A stretch of 64,000 nt of DNA, from assembly GCA_004764695.1 (NCBI GenBank), contig SMSO01000032.1:3100001-3164000 (forward strand). Reading direction: 5' to 3'. A program made the translations under genes and the position numbers. Shown here in pieces: positions 35,943 through 47,891 of this stretch. The notes under the pieces were generated by a model. That model saw nothing but the letters and a program-made list of their open reading frames with translations. It was not told where the DNA came from and made no database searches. Source of the DNA: Schizochytrium sp. TIO01 (lineage: Eukaryota; Protista; Bigyra: Labyrinthulomycetes). Positions within the stretch are counted from its first letter, which is position 1. Each line of letters begins with the position of its first letter.

Positions 35943-36020
35943 TGAGTGATTGTTTTGGCGTCAGTTTTTACCCAAATTAAAAGACTTTAATGAGTTGCCT
36001 CTAACTAGTGAGAGTGGATA
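35943..36020 (+). repeat. Copy of ~85-bp double-hairpin element
   Basis: TGAGTGATTGTTTTGGCGTCAGTTTTTACCCAAATTAAAAGACTTTAATGAGTTGCCTCTAACTAGTGAGAGTGG. Confidence 0.85.
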
Positions 36021-36815
36021 TAATTATTTGTGAGCAATTGTTTCGACTGGAGTTTCCATCACTGATCTGTGTTGCTATGGATATTTTCAACAGAAGTTAG
36101 AGGCTCACCTTTTTAATCGACTGAAAACCCCAGTATCAACATATATAGGCCTGGCAATAAAATGATTTTACGGGACTCGAGTCCTGGGGTAAATTTGAAC
36201 TATTCACTAACTAGTTCGGAAGCTACATAGTAGCGCCCAAATAGATCTCATGAGTGTTTAAAGTCTGCTACTCGTAGTAACGCGCCTAGCAAAAGTGGTC
36301 CCTCTAAGTGATAGTAGGTTCATTGCTCAGGCTTGAGGAAAAACTATTTCTAACTTATAATACTCGGTAGGTACTATCATTTAATACGAGGGCTTGCTGC
36401 TCATCAGGGGGGTACATAGGTTGTAAGTACCCTACAATCTAATACGGTAAAGACTCATTGATTAATTGTTTTCGCTTGAGTTTCTACCCAAGAGATTTTA
36501 ACTTGCCCAGTAGGTCGGTCCACAAATAGCATTTTAATACACTTTCCACTACACACTATTAGTACTTTTCGATCTATCATCCTAATTACTCTATACACGA
36601 ACACGCAGTAGGTCCTAGTACTATTCCAACATACTACGTATATCTATTTATCTTCCTTGTCACTCCGTACATGTACCTAGCTAGGTAGTACTAATAATAC
36701 TTTACCAAACTTCAAAGATAGTTTTCAATTCCAGGTCAGGTCGGGTCGTGTTTCAGTATTTCAAGACAATCAAGCAACCAGAGTGGCCATTTGTGGCACT
36801 AGTCAATCATTGAAC

Positions 36816-37935
36816 ATGCGTCAGCGCAGTAGAGCTTCTGCACCAATCACCCCTACGCCAGTACCGCAACATTTTGCTTCTCATCACGCAAAACCAAACC
36901 TCTTACTGCCTTCCAAGGTACTTGGTGCACTTGCTGTCGGTCTGCTTGTGTTGCTCGTGCTTTTTGGACGTGCTGGCGATCCTGAAGACATAACGCTAAG
37001 TAGTACCGTATCTGGAGACGCAGAATATGTTGCAGAAAGCGACAATAAGGCCAAGGATGGCGCTACTGAGAAGTCATCAAGCTTTGTTATAGCTGGATAT
37101 GTACCGGATTACCGTCTCGACCATGTCATTGAAAACATGAAATCCCTTGAAGGGATTGTAACTGATCTAATTCTGTTCTCTGCAACCCTGAAAGGAAATA
37201 TGCTAGATGTGAGCCTGATAGGCGAGACCCGTCTGCGCGAAGCTATCGTCCAAGCTCGAAAGCATCACATTCCGCGCGTATTATTAACAGTTGGCGGTGC
37301 TGGGCGCTCAGCTGGGTTTGCGCAGCTCGCAAGCCAACCTAAAGAACGTGCAAAGTTTGCACTCATGACTGCTGACCTGCTCGAGATGTATGGCCTCGAT
37401 GGCTTAGATGTTGATTGGGAAGCACCTTCGAACGATGCTGAGGTTAATTTCTATATTGATCTGCTCGCCTCCCTCAAAGCGGTATTCTCCCATCGTAAGC
37501 TCATACTCAGTGTCACCACTCATTTCTGGGACCAGATGGGGTCGCGCGGATACAACTTAGTAGACCGCGTAATGCTTATGGCATATGACCTTGGTCCTCA
37601 GCATGCCCGGATGCAGGATACCAAAAAAGCTGTTAGCATGTTGGTTCCAACGCGGCCTCGATCCGGCTGGGAAGCTAGTTCTTGGAATCCCTGCTTACGG
37701 TCGACGCATAGAAAGTCCCCATGAAGTCATCACATACGCAGATCTTATTCGCAATCACGGGGTTAAAGCTGCGGACGTAGACGAATATGCAGGCTGGTCT
37801 TACAATGGGTTGAGAACAGTACGAGAGAAGAAGAGGTGGGCAAATGATGCCCAATTTGCCGGCATTTTCTTGTGGGAGGTTGGACAGGACAGTCTTCAGC
37901 ACCCATCCAAATCCCTTTTGTCTGCAATGGGCTGA
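36816..37935 (+). CDS. GH18 chitinase-like protein with N-terminal TM anchor; one extra base near 37644-37648 (sequencing error or pseudogene)
   Basis: VIAGY, VLLTVGG, catalytic DGLDVDWE, MLMAYD; the next frame continues KLVLGIPAYG...AGIFLWEVGQD. Confidence 0.9.
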
Positions 37936-38847
37936 AGTTTGCTGTTGTTTTAAAATAAAACCTTGTTGTATGATGCATCCCTACGCAACATATTGAATCT
38001 AATTGAACCCAACCCCCTGCTGTTATGCTATTCCATCTCTTTCCCTTTTATATTAAAAGCAAAGCTAGCAATATTTATCTGATTAGGATATGTTTTATAA
38101 AGATATCAAAGGTGTAAGTCACATTCGTTGGTCCGCTCTCGGGTTCGTTGCATGGTCTAAAACAGTGTGTACATGACTAGAATCTCCTCTAATGCAGGAA
38201 GTGAACAAGCTAAGACCGCAAACTGGTGGAATGTGTCAATTAACTCCAGCTTCTGTAAAAAAGCAGAGATACTTGCGCCCTTCTGATGGACAAGTCTTTC
38301 ATAACAGGATTACTTCCTTGTCTACCCGCTTTATATTTCAGAGTAAGAGTCTTGTTCATTTTCTTTATTTTTTTAATTTCTTTGTTATAAAGTATGATAT
38401 CTATATAAAGATTGAAGGTTCTCCTAGTCCTTAGGCTGGAGAGAAGAAATAAACCTCTAGTACTGCAACACGACGAGGCAGATTTGCAGCTTGCAGGTGC
38501 CCAAAGACCTTAGCGGCAGCTGAAGCGAGGGTGGTCAGCTTATTATAGAGTGCTTAAGCTTGTTCCAGTGCGGAGAAGCCGTGCAGTGTTTGGTGGGAAG
38601 ATCACAGAGGCTACCAGGCAATTAGGTCGTTTTCACAACCAAAATACGCTCTAGTTGTCCAGTGCAACGCGATCTAGGTATCTCTCCTTATTTAGGAGGC
38701 AAGCACATTGGCTCATAGGAACCCAAGCTACCTTCTTAGTTAACAAAGTATTGGGAAAACGTGTTTGCCAACTCTAATTTATCCTTTCAAGGAACACCCA
38801 GAGTTGTGGTAAGCTCTGCTCGCAGGAAAGAACGACTAGGGGACATC

Positions 38848-40809
38848 ATGAGTGGTCGCACGCGTTCTTCGACACGCTCCTCTTCGAATGTACATGACGA
38901 ACAGCGCCAGAATATTAATAGGGAACGCTCCAAAACGTCTACTCGTGGAAATCAAGAGTCTTCAACTAGTAGTAAAAAGCGAAAGGCATCACACCAACTC
39001 CAACAACGACCACCGAAACGAGGCCTATCTCGGGAGTCAAGTGCCGCAGCGAATGCATCAGCCGAAAGTTTGAAACAATCAAAATCTTCAAATAATCAGC
39101 ATATCAAAACGCGTTCGTCTTCTAAAAATCAAGAACCTCCCGTCGATGAGGATGTTATCACACTATATTCTGACAATGAATGTGAGAGTCATATGGATGA
39201 TTCCACTAAAGAAAAGGAAAGTATGGACCTGGAATCCTCGGACATTCACAATCATAATACGAAAATGCAACCAAACTCACCAGGGAGATCTTCAAATTCT
39301 GTGTTGTCTTCAAAACCTCCACGCATCGCAGAAACCTCGAGCAAAAATATTTCGACGGATAAAATTCCCACCTCGAGATCAAGCCGATCCTCCAACCAGT
39401 GTGATTCTGACATATCTTCGGGGCGAATTGTAGATGGCAAAGCGAAGAAGACATTCAGCCCATCAAAGGAACATTCAACAAAACCTCATGGAAAACAGAG
39501 AAGAGCTGCGAACAAAAAAAGCAACCCCAACACGACAAACCGCGTTTCTGAAGTTGCCCGTCCTGGTGTGAATGACAAGACTAATAATAGAGAGAAGCTG
39601 GAAAAGGTCGGGGACAAGGAAAGCGATGATGGAGAAGCGGAAGAGATTGATTTCGAGGTCACAGTAGACCTTGAACAGAGTAACAGGCGCTCTTTACACG
39701 AAGCATCATTAGCCGATCATCCTACGCCTACCCCAGAGTCACATGCAGTATCAACGGGGGGCAAGGCTAGTTCAGGTACAGGGAAAGGAAGTCAAACAGC
39801 ATCCCCGGAAGATGTCATTTCTTTGGAGGAGGAATCTAACACAGAACACAGCTCTCAAGACACATTGCCTCCTGAGTTCAGCAAATCAGATGACCATGCC
39901 AAGGCAGTCATGGATGGTGCACAACATCTAGCGCACGATGTTTCGAAAAAAACTTCGGACAAATTCAGTCAAGATGGATCTTCAAAGTATTTTAAAGATC
40001 CCAAGAGTGGCTCTGAAATCTCGCGTTCTTTGCGCGATCAGCAAGGTGGTCATTTAAAGGGCTCTGCTCAGGTAGATTTACCACGCTCAAAGAGTCGTAA
40101 ACGTAACCATAATGCCGACAGCACTATACGAGAGGAATTATCATCAAGAGACGAAGAAACGTCAAGTCCAACGGGTCCTTCTCTTGAAACGAAAGGAAAA
40201 GATGCTCTAGAACAAGATCTAGAACGAGATCCTTCAGATCATGATGATGATACTAAGATAGCTGGTAAGCCCAATAGTCAAGAACTACATCTTCCAGCTA
40301 CACCGTTGCCTCGCAGTAGTAAGAATCAAAACGGTAGTGAAAATATCACTGACTCATCCAAAGTGAAGATCGTATCTAATGTGAAAGGGCTCCAATATTC
40401 TGAGGATGTGGAGTGTCCTGTAAAACCTAAGAACAGTCACAATAAGAATACTGGTTCAGAAACTAGATCAGTTCACACAATTTCTATAGGGAAAACACGA
40501 GGAGGTGGTGAACCTGTCGATCCCACCGATGAAGAAGACAGCGCCGAGCCTTGCAGTATCAACCTCTATGTCGCTATAAAGATCAAATACTACGGCATAT
40601 GCCGCAGTCATGAGATGGGCTCTCATTCGGAGACTTGGTCAAATGGTGGTATGGAGATTATTGGGATCTTCCGCAATGAAGCAGAAGCTAAAAAATGCTG
40701 TGATAAGATGACTGAAGATTTACATATTGATAATGAAGGTTGGGATAAAGATGCAGTCCGTTGGGAGTTCTTGGTCATGCCAAGCAAAATGAAAGACCTT
40801 GGCACATAA
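38848..40809 (+). CDS. Hypothetical, largely disordered Ser/Lys/Glu-rich protein (~653 aa) with small C-terminal globular domain
   Basis: 2-kb ORF; NLS-like KKRK and PPKR; last ~85 aa (LYVAIKIKYYG...EIIGIFRNEAEAKKCC) look folded. Confidence 0.82.
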   Translation: MSGRTRSSTRSSSNVHDEQRQNINRERSKTSTRGNQESSTSSKKRKASHQLQQRPPKRGLSRESSAAANASAESLKQSKSSNNQHIKTRSSSKNQEPPVDEDVITLYSDNECESHMDDSTKEKESMDLESSDIHNHNTKMQPNSPGRSSNSVLSSKPPRIAETSSKNISTDKIPTSRSSRSSNQCDSDISSGRIVDGKAKKTFSPSKEHSTKPHGKQRRAANKKSNPNTTNRVSEVARPGVNDKTNNREKLEKVGDKESDDGEAEEIDFEVTVDLEQSNRRSLHEASLADHPTPTPESHAVSTGGKASSGTGKGSQTASPEDVISLEEESNTEHSSQDTLPPEFSKSDDHAKAVMDGAQHLAHDVSKKTSDKFSQDGSSKYFKDPKSGSEISRSLRDQQGGHLKGSAQVDLPRSKSRKRNHNADSTIREELSSRDEETSSPTGPSLETKGKDALEQDLERDPSDHDDDTKIAGKPNSQELHLPATPLPRSSKNQNGSENITDSSKVKIVSNVKGLQYSEDVECPVKPKNSHNKNTGSETRSVHTISIGKTRGGGEPVDPTDEEDSAEPCSINLYVAIKIKYYGICRSHEMGSHSETWSNGGMEIIGIFRNEAEAKKCCDKMTEDLHIDNEGWDKDAVRWEFLVMPSKMKDLGT

Positions 40810-41518
40810 AAAGCTCTTTTAGTTTTTCAATTTTATAAAATCACAAGCGAGCACAACATTATAAAACCTTAATTAGACTGATTAAACTGAACCTGTATGA
40901 TCGCAACGTAGGTATGAATGTGTTCTCACTGGACACGTCAATGCAATCCCCGCTTTTCTGCTCACTCCAAGTCTTGTAATAGAATATCGTGTCGTGTGAT
41001 AAATGCCCTATCTTATTTAGCACGTACGAGACGCACCAGACTGGAGAGTCTCCATGCAACCTATGACTCGTTGAGTACTCACCGCTCTGTTGTGCAAAAC
41101 GTGCCGAACAGATTGTAAGAGGACGGCAAAATGGGAGAAGCTGAGCGCTTGATTTTAATTCTCAACAGTTCTGAAGAGCAGAATCAAATGGGTCTCACTG
41201 ATCATTATTGTCAGACCAGTATAGTTTTGTAGGCGAGGCAGGATTCATGATCTCATACATCTCCCTTATATTATGTTGTGTGTGGGGGGGGGGGAACATG
41301 TACCTAATAACAAAGAACAAGATACAAGAAAAATCATTATATATGGCTTTTAAATTTAGCACAGCTACTCAAACTGAGAAGCTGGTAGAGACGAAGAATA
41401 GGAGATTAGAAAACACACCTATCCCGGAGAAGCCGAAATGCGATGTTAGCAAATGTGAGCTGGGTGCTTTGCTTGTGCAGACTGGAACTCATTTCAAGGA
41501 GTCTCAATAAATGAGCCT

Positions 41519-44116
41519 TTAGTCCTTGTACAGCTCTTGAAGAGTTTCATCGTAGTGTTGAACGAGGTTTCGGCGCTTGAGCTTGAGAGCAGCTGTGCAC
41601 AGGTCATTTTCAGGACCCCACACAATCTCACGCTCGACCTTGATGTTCTTGGGAATCTCAAATTTCGCACAATTAGATTTTTTGAGAAGCGAAGCCACGT
41701 CGCTCTTGATCTTCTCATCAGATACCTTCTTGCCGGCCTCAGAGACCTGAACAATAGCGACACAGTATGACTTTTGGGAGTCGCAGTATACCATAGCATT
41801 GTCGACGTAGTCGGAGTCGCGAATGATAGGCTCAAGCTTGCCGAGAGAGACATACTCACCACCTGAGAGCTTCACAAGATCTTTCTTGCGATCAATGATG
41901 GCCACAACACCGTCAGGGTAGATTTCGCCAATGTCTCCCGTACGCAACCAGCGTACACCCTTGTCATCCACGAAGTAGGCCTCGTCAGACTTTTCCGGTT
42001 CCTTGTAGTATCCCATTGTGATCTGAGGTCCGCCGAGAAGCAACTCGCCACGTGGGTGAGGGTGACGTTGGTCCTTCGGCGCAGAGCTAGGGTTTGCATA
42101 GTAACCACCTTCTTCCCAGTCCTCTAGTTTAATCTGCATTGAGCAAATCGGCGCACCAACGCGACCTGCAGTACGATCGTTCGGCCAGCAGATCGTAGCA
42201 ACACCGACGGTTTCTGTGAGACCCCAACCTTGTCCAACTGGGCAACAGAAAACCACGTTCATGAAGTCCTGAGTCTCCTTGGACAGCGGGCCACCTCCGC
42301 TGAGCATGTAACGAACACGGCCGCCAAGAAGGCGTGCGCGGATGTTGTCAAAAAGGATTCTGTTCCAAAAGGGCGAGTCGTTACCGTGGCTGATGGCTTG
42401 AAGCTTTCGCTTGTAGCCAATGTCGAAAAGACGCTTTGCAATTCCACCAGTACCGTTCACCTTGGCAAGGACACCAGCGCGAATTTTATCCATAATCATG
42501 GGGACGGCTGCCATGAGGGTTGGGCGAAGCTCGGTGGCATCACCTTTACAGGCACCTGGCTCAATACAAACGGAGGCATCAGTCAGGGTTTTTGGTGATC
42601 CATAGCCAACAGCAACACCGCACGAGTAAAGAGAGCACTCAGCGATAAGCTCAAGAATGTGAGCAAGAGGAAGGTATGCAAGATACACATCGTCGGTGCC
42701 CATGCCACAAATGGCTTCCGAGCAACCAGCAATGCCAGCCACAAGGTTCCTGTGGGAGATTACAACACCCTTTGGGTTTCCAGTAGAGCCCGAGGTGTAC
42801 ATGATGACACCAGAGTCCTCTGGGTTAACCTCAGGCAGGGCATTTTTGGAGCTAGCTTCGCCAAGCTGCACAACCTCATCAAAGCTATGCGCTTGGATAC
42901 TGGAATGCTTGTTGAGCATTTCACGAATCTTATCGTCGGAGGTGTGCGCCGGGTGGTTCGCTGGACGGTTGTCACTCGTGAAGACAATGTGTTTCAGGTT
43001 CGGACATCCATCAATTACCTTTTCGATAATCGGGATAAGGTCGCAGTCTGTAAACAGAACCGAGCATTCTGTTTGGTTCACACTGTATGCTACGGCTTCG
43101 GCTCCAAGGTTTGCATAGATCGTTGCGACACAGAAACCGCTGGACAGACAACCTTGGCATCCGAGTTGCCACTGGGCCTTGGTGTCAGCATAAAAGTTGA
43201 TGATATCACCCTTTTCCATACCGAGAGCCACGAGACCTGCACCAAAGTCAATAGATTTGGTGTAAGCTTGACGGTATGTAATCCAGTTATAGCCTGAAAG
43301 TACAAACTTTTCCTTGTTTCCATCTTTTGTCATGCTCAGAATGTCACGCCAACCCATGCAGTTGTCAGAGGAAAACTTTTCGCAAGTAATGCGCCACATA
43401 TCAGCCATCGTTTGAATCTCAGGGGTGGGGTTCGTGAATAACTTTTCCCGAGAACGGGCGCTGCGGTAGATACCTTCATTGTCTGGGTAGGCCATCCGAC
43501 CTTTCATGCTTCCTCCAGGCAAGGACTGACTCGTGCATAGACCCCAGAGGGCTTGCATCGCGGTGGTACGGTGTAGGCCACTCATGGCAGCGCTTGTCGC
43601 ATCATTCCTGCAGATTATTAGTTCATTTGGTTATTCTTAGTGTTAGTAAGTCAAAGTCACTAGTTCAACATGCGCTCTTTCGTATCAATACATTCACTTT
43701 TTATTTTTGGTTTGTTTTTGGATGGATGTCTAGAAATAGTGCTCCTCAATGGGCTTCACAATTGAAGGCCGTTTAGCTGAGAGAAAGACTCCGAACAGCC
43801 AAAATATATAAGGGTGTTGGCTCGGGTGATTGTCACTAGTTGACGACCGAACAGGCGTTCTGCAAACACAAAAGAAAAGGTAGCTCGTTGAGCCTTTCAT
43901 TTAACCAGTCGGCCAGAATCTATAGATGACGAAGACAAGAAACCCTGCAGCAGAGCAGGCGCTTCTCGTATAATCATGCTCAGGCGTGACAAGAAGACAC
44001 AGCAAGCTTTTGTTTTTCTTTATTTTCGTTTCTCGGAGAAGAAGAACTTACCAATCATCCTCGCAGTAGTCACGCGGGTGCTCACTCTCTTCGCCCACAA
44101 TCGGTTCATACGCCAT
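41519..44116 (-). CDS. LACS: Long-chain acyl-CoA synthetase; exons 44116-44052 and 43607-41519 (717 aa)
   Basis: AMP-binding IMYTSGSTGNPKGV, YLPLAHILE, GQGWGLTE, GVRWLRTGDIG, IIDRKKDLVKLSGGEYVSLGKLE; intron TG|GTAAGT...CTGCAG|G in frame. Confidence 0.95.
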
Positions 44117-47100
44117 GATGGCTTACACGGTAGCTTTGTACAGGAAAGAGTTGGAGCACAGCAGCACAGCACGAGAAGACCCGATCCAGTTAGATGGTTT
44201 GGGGTATGGATCCTGATGACCTTGCTTCCTTAGCAGTCGTACTGCTGTTGCTAAAGAAGCGAGGGAGTGAGTCTCTCGCGTTTCTTAATTCTTTTCCTAG
44301 TGCTTCTATCATTGCAATAGTACCTACCTACTATATCCCCATTAGGTAGAACGACTATCAACAGCACTAAGAGTAGCCATGATTTGCTATACTATACATC
44401 ACTATTGAATGAATAGGCTCTACCAACCTACGTAGATGCTGCTTTGAGCTCTAAGACTCGAGTAAGTTCAGTCTTTTCTGGATACCACTGGGAAAGACAT
44501 GACACGCTAAGATATTACCTACGAACCTTCCTACTTGCAAGTACTATTTTCGGTAATATTGTTATTACCAGCACAATCTATTTTTCTTTCTATCTTTACT
44601 ATAATTACTAGCACTACTAGTACTTAGATACTAACTATTGATGAGACCTGAGAGAAATAGATAATAAAAACACTTTAATAAAGAAAATAAGTGCCGCTTC
44701 GCCATTGAAAAGATGTTTCATGCGAATAAAAAGCCTAAGTACATGTGTAGGATTCTTTAGTAGCTATAGTTGTACAGGCCTATGTGTCGTGTCATTCAAG
44801 TGCCATCGGCAAGCTACGTCACTCAAAGAGAATGAGTCAAAATTTCTTTCTTTTATTAATAATAAATAAACTTGGATAAAAACTCATAGAGCTACATAAG
44901 AGTGAGAGGCCAAAGGCGCTAGGTTTACCTCGACCAAGAGATAGACCAAGCTAGGAAGGCACTACTTAGTGCTTACCACCAAGCTATACATTTTACTAAG
45001 AAATATCAATCACTCCATCTCTTTTGAAAAAATTTCTTGCTATGCCTGTATATGCGAAGGCATGTGAGAAATTAATTTCTCGTCATAACTTTGGAAACAT
45101 ATTTTTTTTCTCTCTTTTTAATTTTGAAAAAAGTTCGATTTATTTTTCATGTAAAGCAGGTTCCAAGCTAGAGTACTTTTGAACAGACCTAAGTGCATAG
45201 GCATCTCTTTTGGTTTTGCCTCATAGCCTTTGGTCTTAAATAGTGAATGCGCCAACCCATGTAATAGGCCTGTTAGGTAGTACTGGTAGTGTCACTAGTA
45301 GGCCCTATGCTCGGACTAGGTAGTCTCGAGTAGTTAATTTTTCTTCAAAAATTTTACCAGGATCCTTTGTCGTACTACCCAGGGTCTATTCAATAACGTT
45401 AGTATTAAAACATTTATTATATATTTAATAGTTCGTATTGAGCACCTACGTACCTAACACCTTTTACATTTTTCTCTTCAGATCTAACCAAACTTGCAAA
45501 TTAAAATGAACATTTTTCTCACTTTTCAACCGGCGCAAAGTGAAAAGCAAGCTAATAATAGTACTTATGCACTGGTATTCAAATTGACGTTCAGAACCTA
45601 GTAGTAGGTAGTATCTTCTAGGTCTACTATTTAGGCCGTAAGCATATTGCGTAGTGTAAACAGAAGTGATGATGCTTCCTCATGAGTGATTAGTTATACT
45701 GAAAGATTATAAATTATAAGCTTTGATTGAGAGTGTTTTTTTTTAAATAAAAGATTTTAACTATCCACTCTCCTGATTAGCATATGTGCATGCAAGATGA
45801 TTAATAAGTAGTATATAGGTAGTAGTTGAACAATGCTAACTGGATCTTCTAGTCATTCGACAGCCATTTTCAATTCTAGTTTGTGATGGATCGGATCGCA
45901 CTAGGGGTAGGGTAATCAATTCAAGTGTGACATCATCTTAATCGTGGTTTTAGAGGTTTCGTCTACATAGTTATTTGTCATTCTCTGTCGCAGAGATTTT
46001 CCGTCGTTTCAACTTCGTTTCCCTTTTTCGAAGAGCTAGCGAGGATTGGTACCGTCTTGTTTTCAAGAAAATATTTCTCCCAAGCTCTAGCTAGAGAATG
46101 TGCTCTTCTATACTCTCTGAAAATGAAAAAAGTTACTAGTTCAGACAGTTTAGCACAATAAGGATGCCTTTGAATTGCCCAACGCAAATAGTTTCAAGCG
46201 ATCATTAAGGGTTTCAAACATCATGATACCACTACCAAAAAGAATTGAGCGTTTAGGTAAAGTTTCCATTTCATGTTATTTATCTCTAGAGTTACATCAA
46301 TATGTTAACTTTGTGATCTCTTCATTGCAATATCGCAACCGAGAGATAATTTCTATTCTCAGTATTCCGTATCATAATCTTCTTGGAGAGCTCAACCATA
46401 ACATTAGTTTTCTGGCACGTGTCAAAAATCTAGCTATATATTGCAAGTTAGCATGAGGCAATCACCAAGAGATAGTGTAGATGGAGGGATAAGGGAAAAT
46501 AATAGTTGGAATTAATATCCAGGAACTGCTGACAAAGTCCAGTGGCAAAGTCTAAACTTTGATCTTGTGTACTTTATACTTGGTTGTTCCCATAGATACA
46601 CACCGATGTACATACTTAGCTGTTATCAATCTTATCTAACAAAATAGTTGCTCTAGTCTTTACCACTTTTAGCCACTTTTGGCCACCTGCTAAAACAACA
46701 TGTAATAGGATTCGAAGAAAGTTGTCAAATACATCTGCTTTGCAGCATGTATTCTTTCCTCATGTGAGAATAAGATGTCCCTAAACACGAAAATTTTGAA
46801 ACGAGGTCAGAGTTTTCGCGAATCGTAAAGTTCTTCAAGTGGTTTTTCGATTATTCTCTTTCAATCATTAGATCTTCTTTTCATGAACAAACTTCAAAGC
46901 ATTGTCATTGGAGAACTCTACTTTTCCAAGGAGAAATTTACTATGTCTATGTGAACACAGGCTCTGAACAACTAATTTTGACTCTTCTCAAAACAAAAAC
47001 TAAAACTGACCCATTTAGTTAAGACCTTCTACATCTCAAGAAGTGTATTTTCTTTCGTCCTATACTGCCAAACTTGTCACATAATCTGTTTGCTTTTACA

Positions 47101-47891
47101 TGCCCCCCTTTCATTTTTCTTTTTTTGAACTGCTTCACTTTCAATTCAAGTTACTAGCAAATGTTAAGTTCATTAAGCAACATTAAGGAATAGGTCTGTT
47201 CAGAGTTACTGGCACAGTTTCATCTTCGAAACTAATCGCTCTCGCAATAATGTGTCCGCATTCAATTGTCCATGAAGTCCCAGAGCTTTTTGTTTTGTGT
47301 TTTTGCAACCGTTAAAACCAACCCGGCTGCGATTAACAACAGTTGGCTGAAAGTGAAGGGAATCTACGTGAAAGCCTGACATAAGAAACGATTTATTCTT
47401 TAAAGCATGCCTTAGGTACAACGCTGCCACACTCCATAGTTTCCGCCAGTTCCCCAGTAACAGAATATTGTAAATCTCTATTTCCGGCGCATGGGCGATG
47501 AATAATTTCAGTCAATTATGTTACCATGCCAACCTGGAAAAGTGAGTGAAAGAAAAAAACACCCCGCCACAGTCAGACCTCTCTCGTGGTAGAGAAAGAG
47601 CATTTCTGCAACGCTGCACACTTCGCTACGAGTAGAACATAGGAGAAAATATAACGTATTACAAGGAAATAAGGATTGTTGATGTTGAAGATGGCCTACT
47701 CGGATTCAGAAAAAATGTCCACTTTGTTCATAACAAAAAGAGCGATCCTATCCATAGGCCTTCTTTCGTCTCATTAGTCATAATATTAAACGCTAGAGGA
47801 AGCATGTCTATGCGCGTTGAGGAAGAACAGATGTGATAAACCTCAGCAGGCACGGGAGCGGCAATGTGAAGAAGCAGTATAAAAGAGAGTT

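Noticed and set aside
34709-36503. CRISPR array interpretation of the clustered repeats
   Set aside because: Repeats are ~80 bp and diverged, spacers are irregular and up to several hundred bp, there are no cas genes, and the context is eukaryotic.
42230-43297. Long antisense ORFs (122-212 aa) over LACS, and similar ones over PKG, SOD and MOB1
   Set aside because: Shadow ORFs arising from codon bias of the real gene; no motifs.
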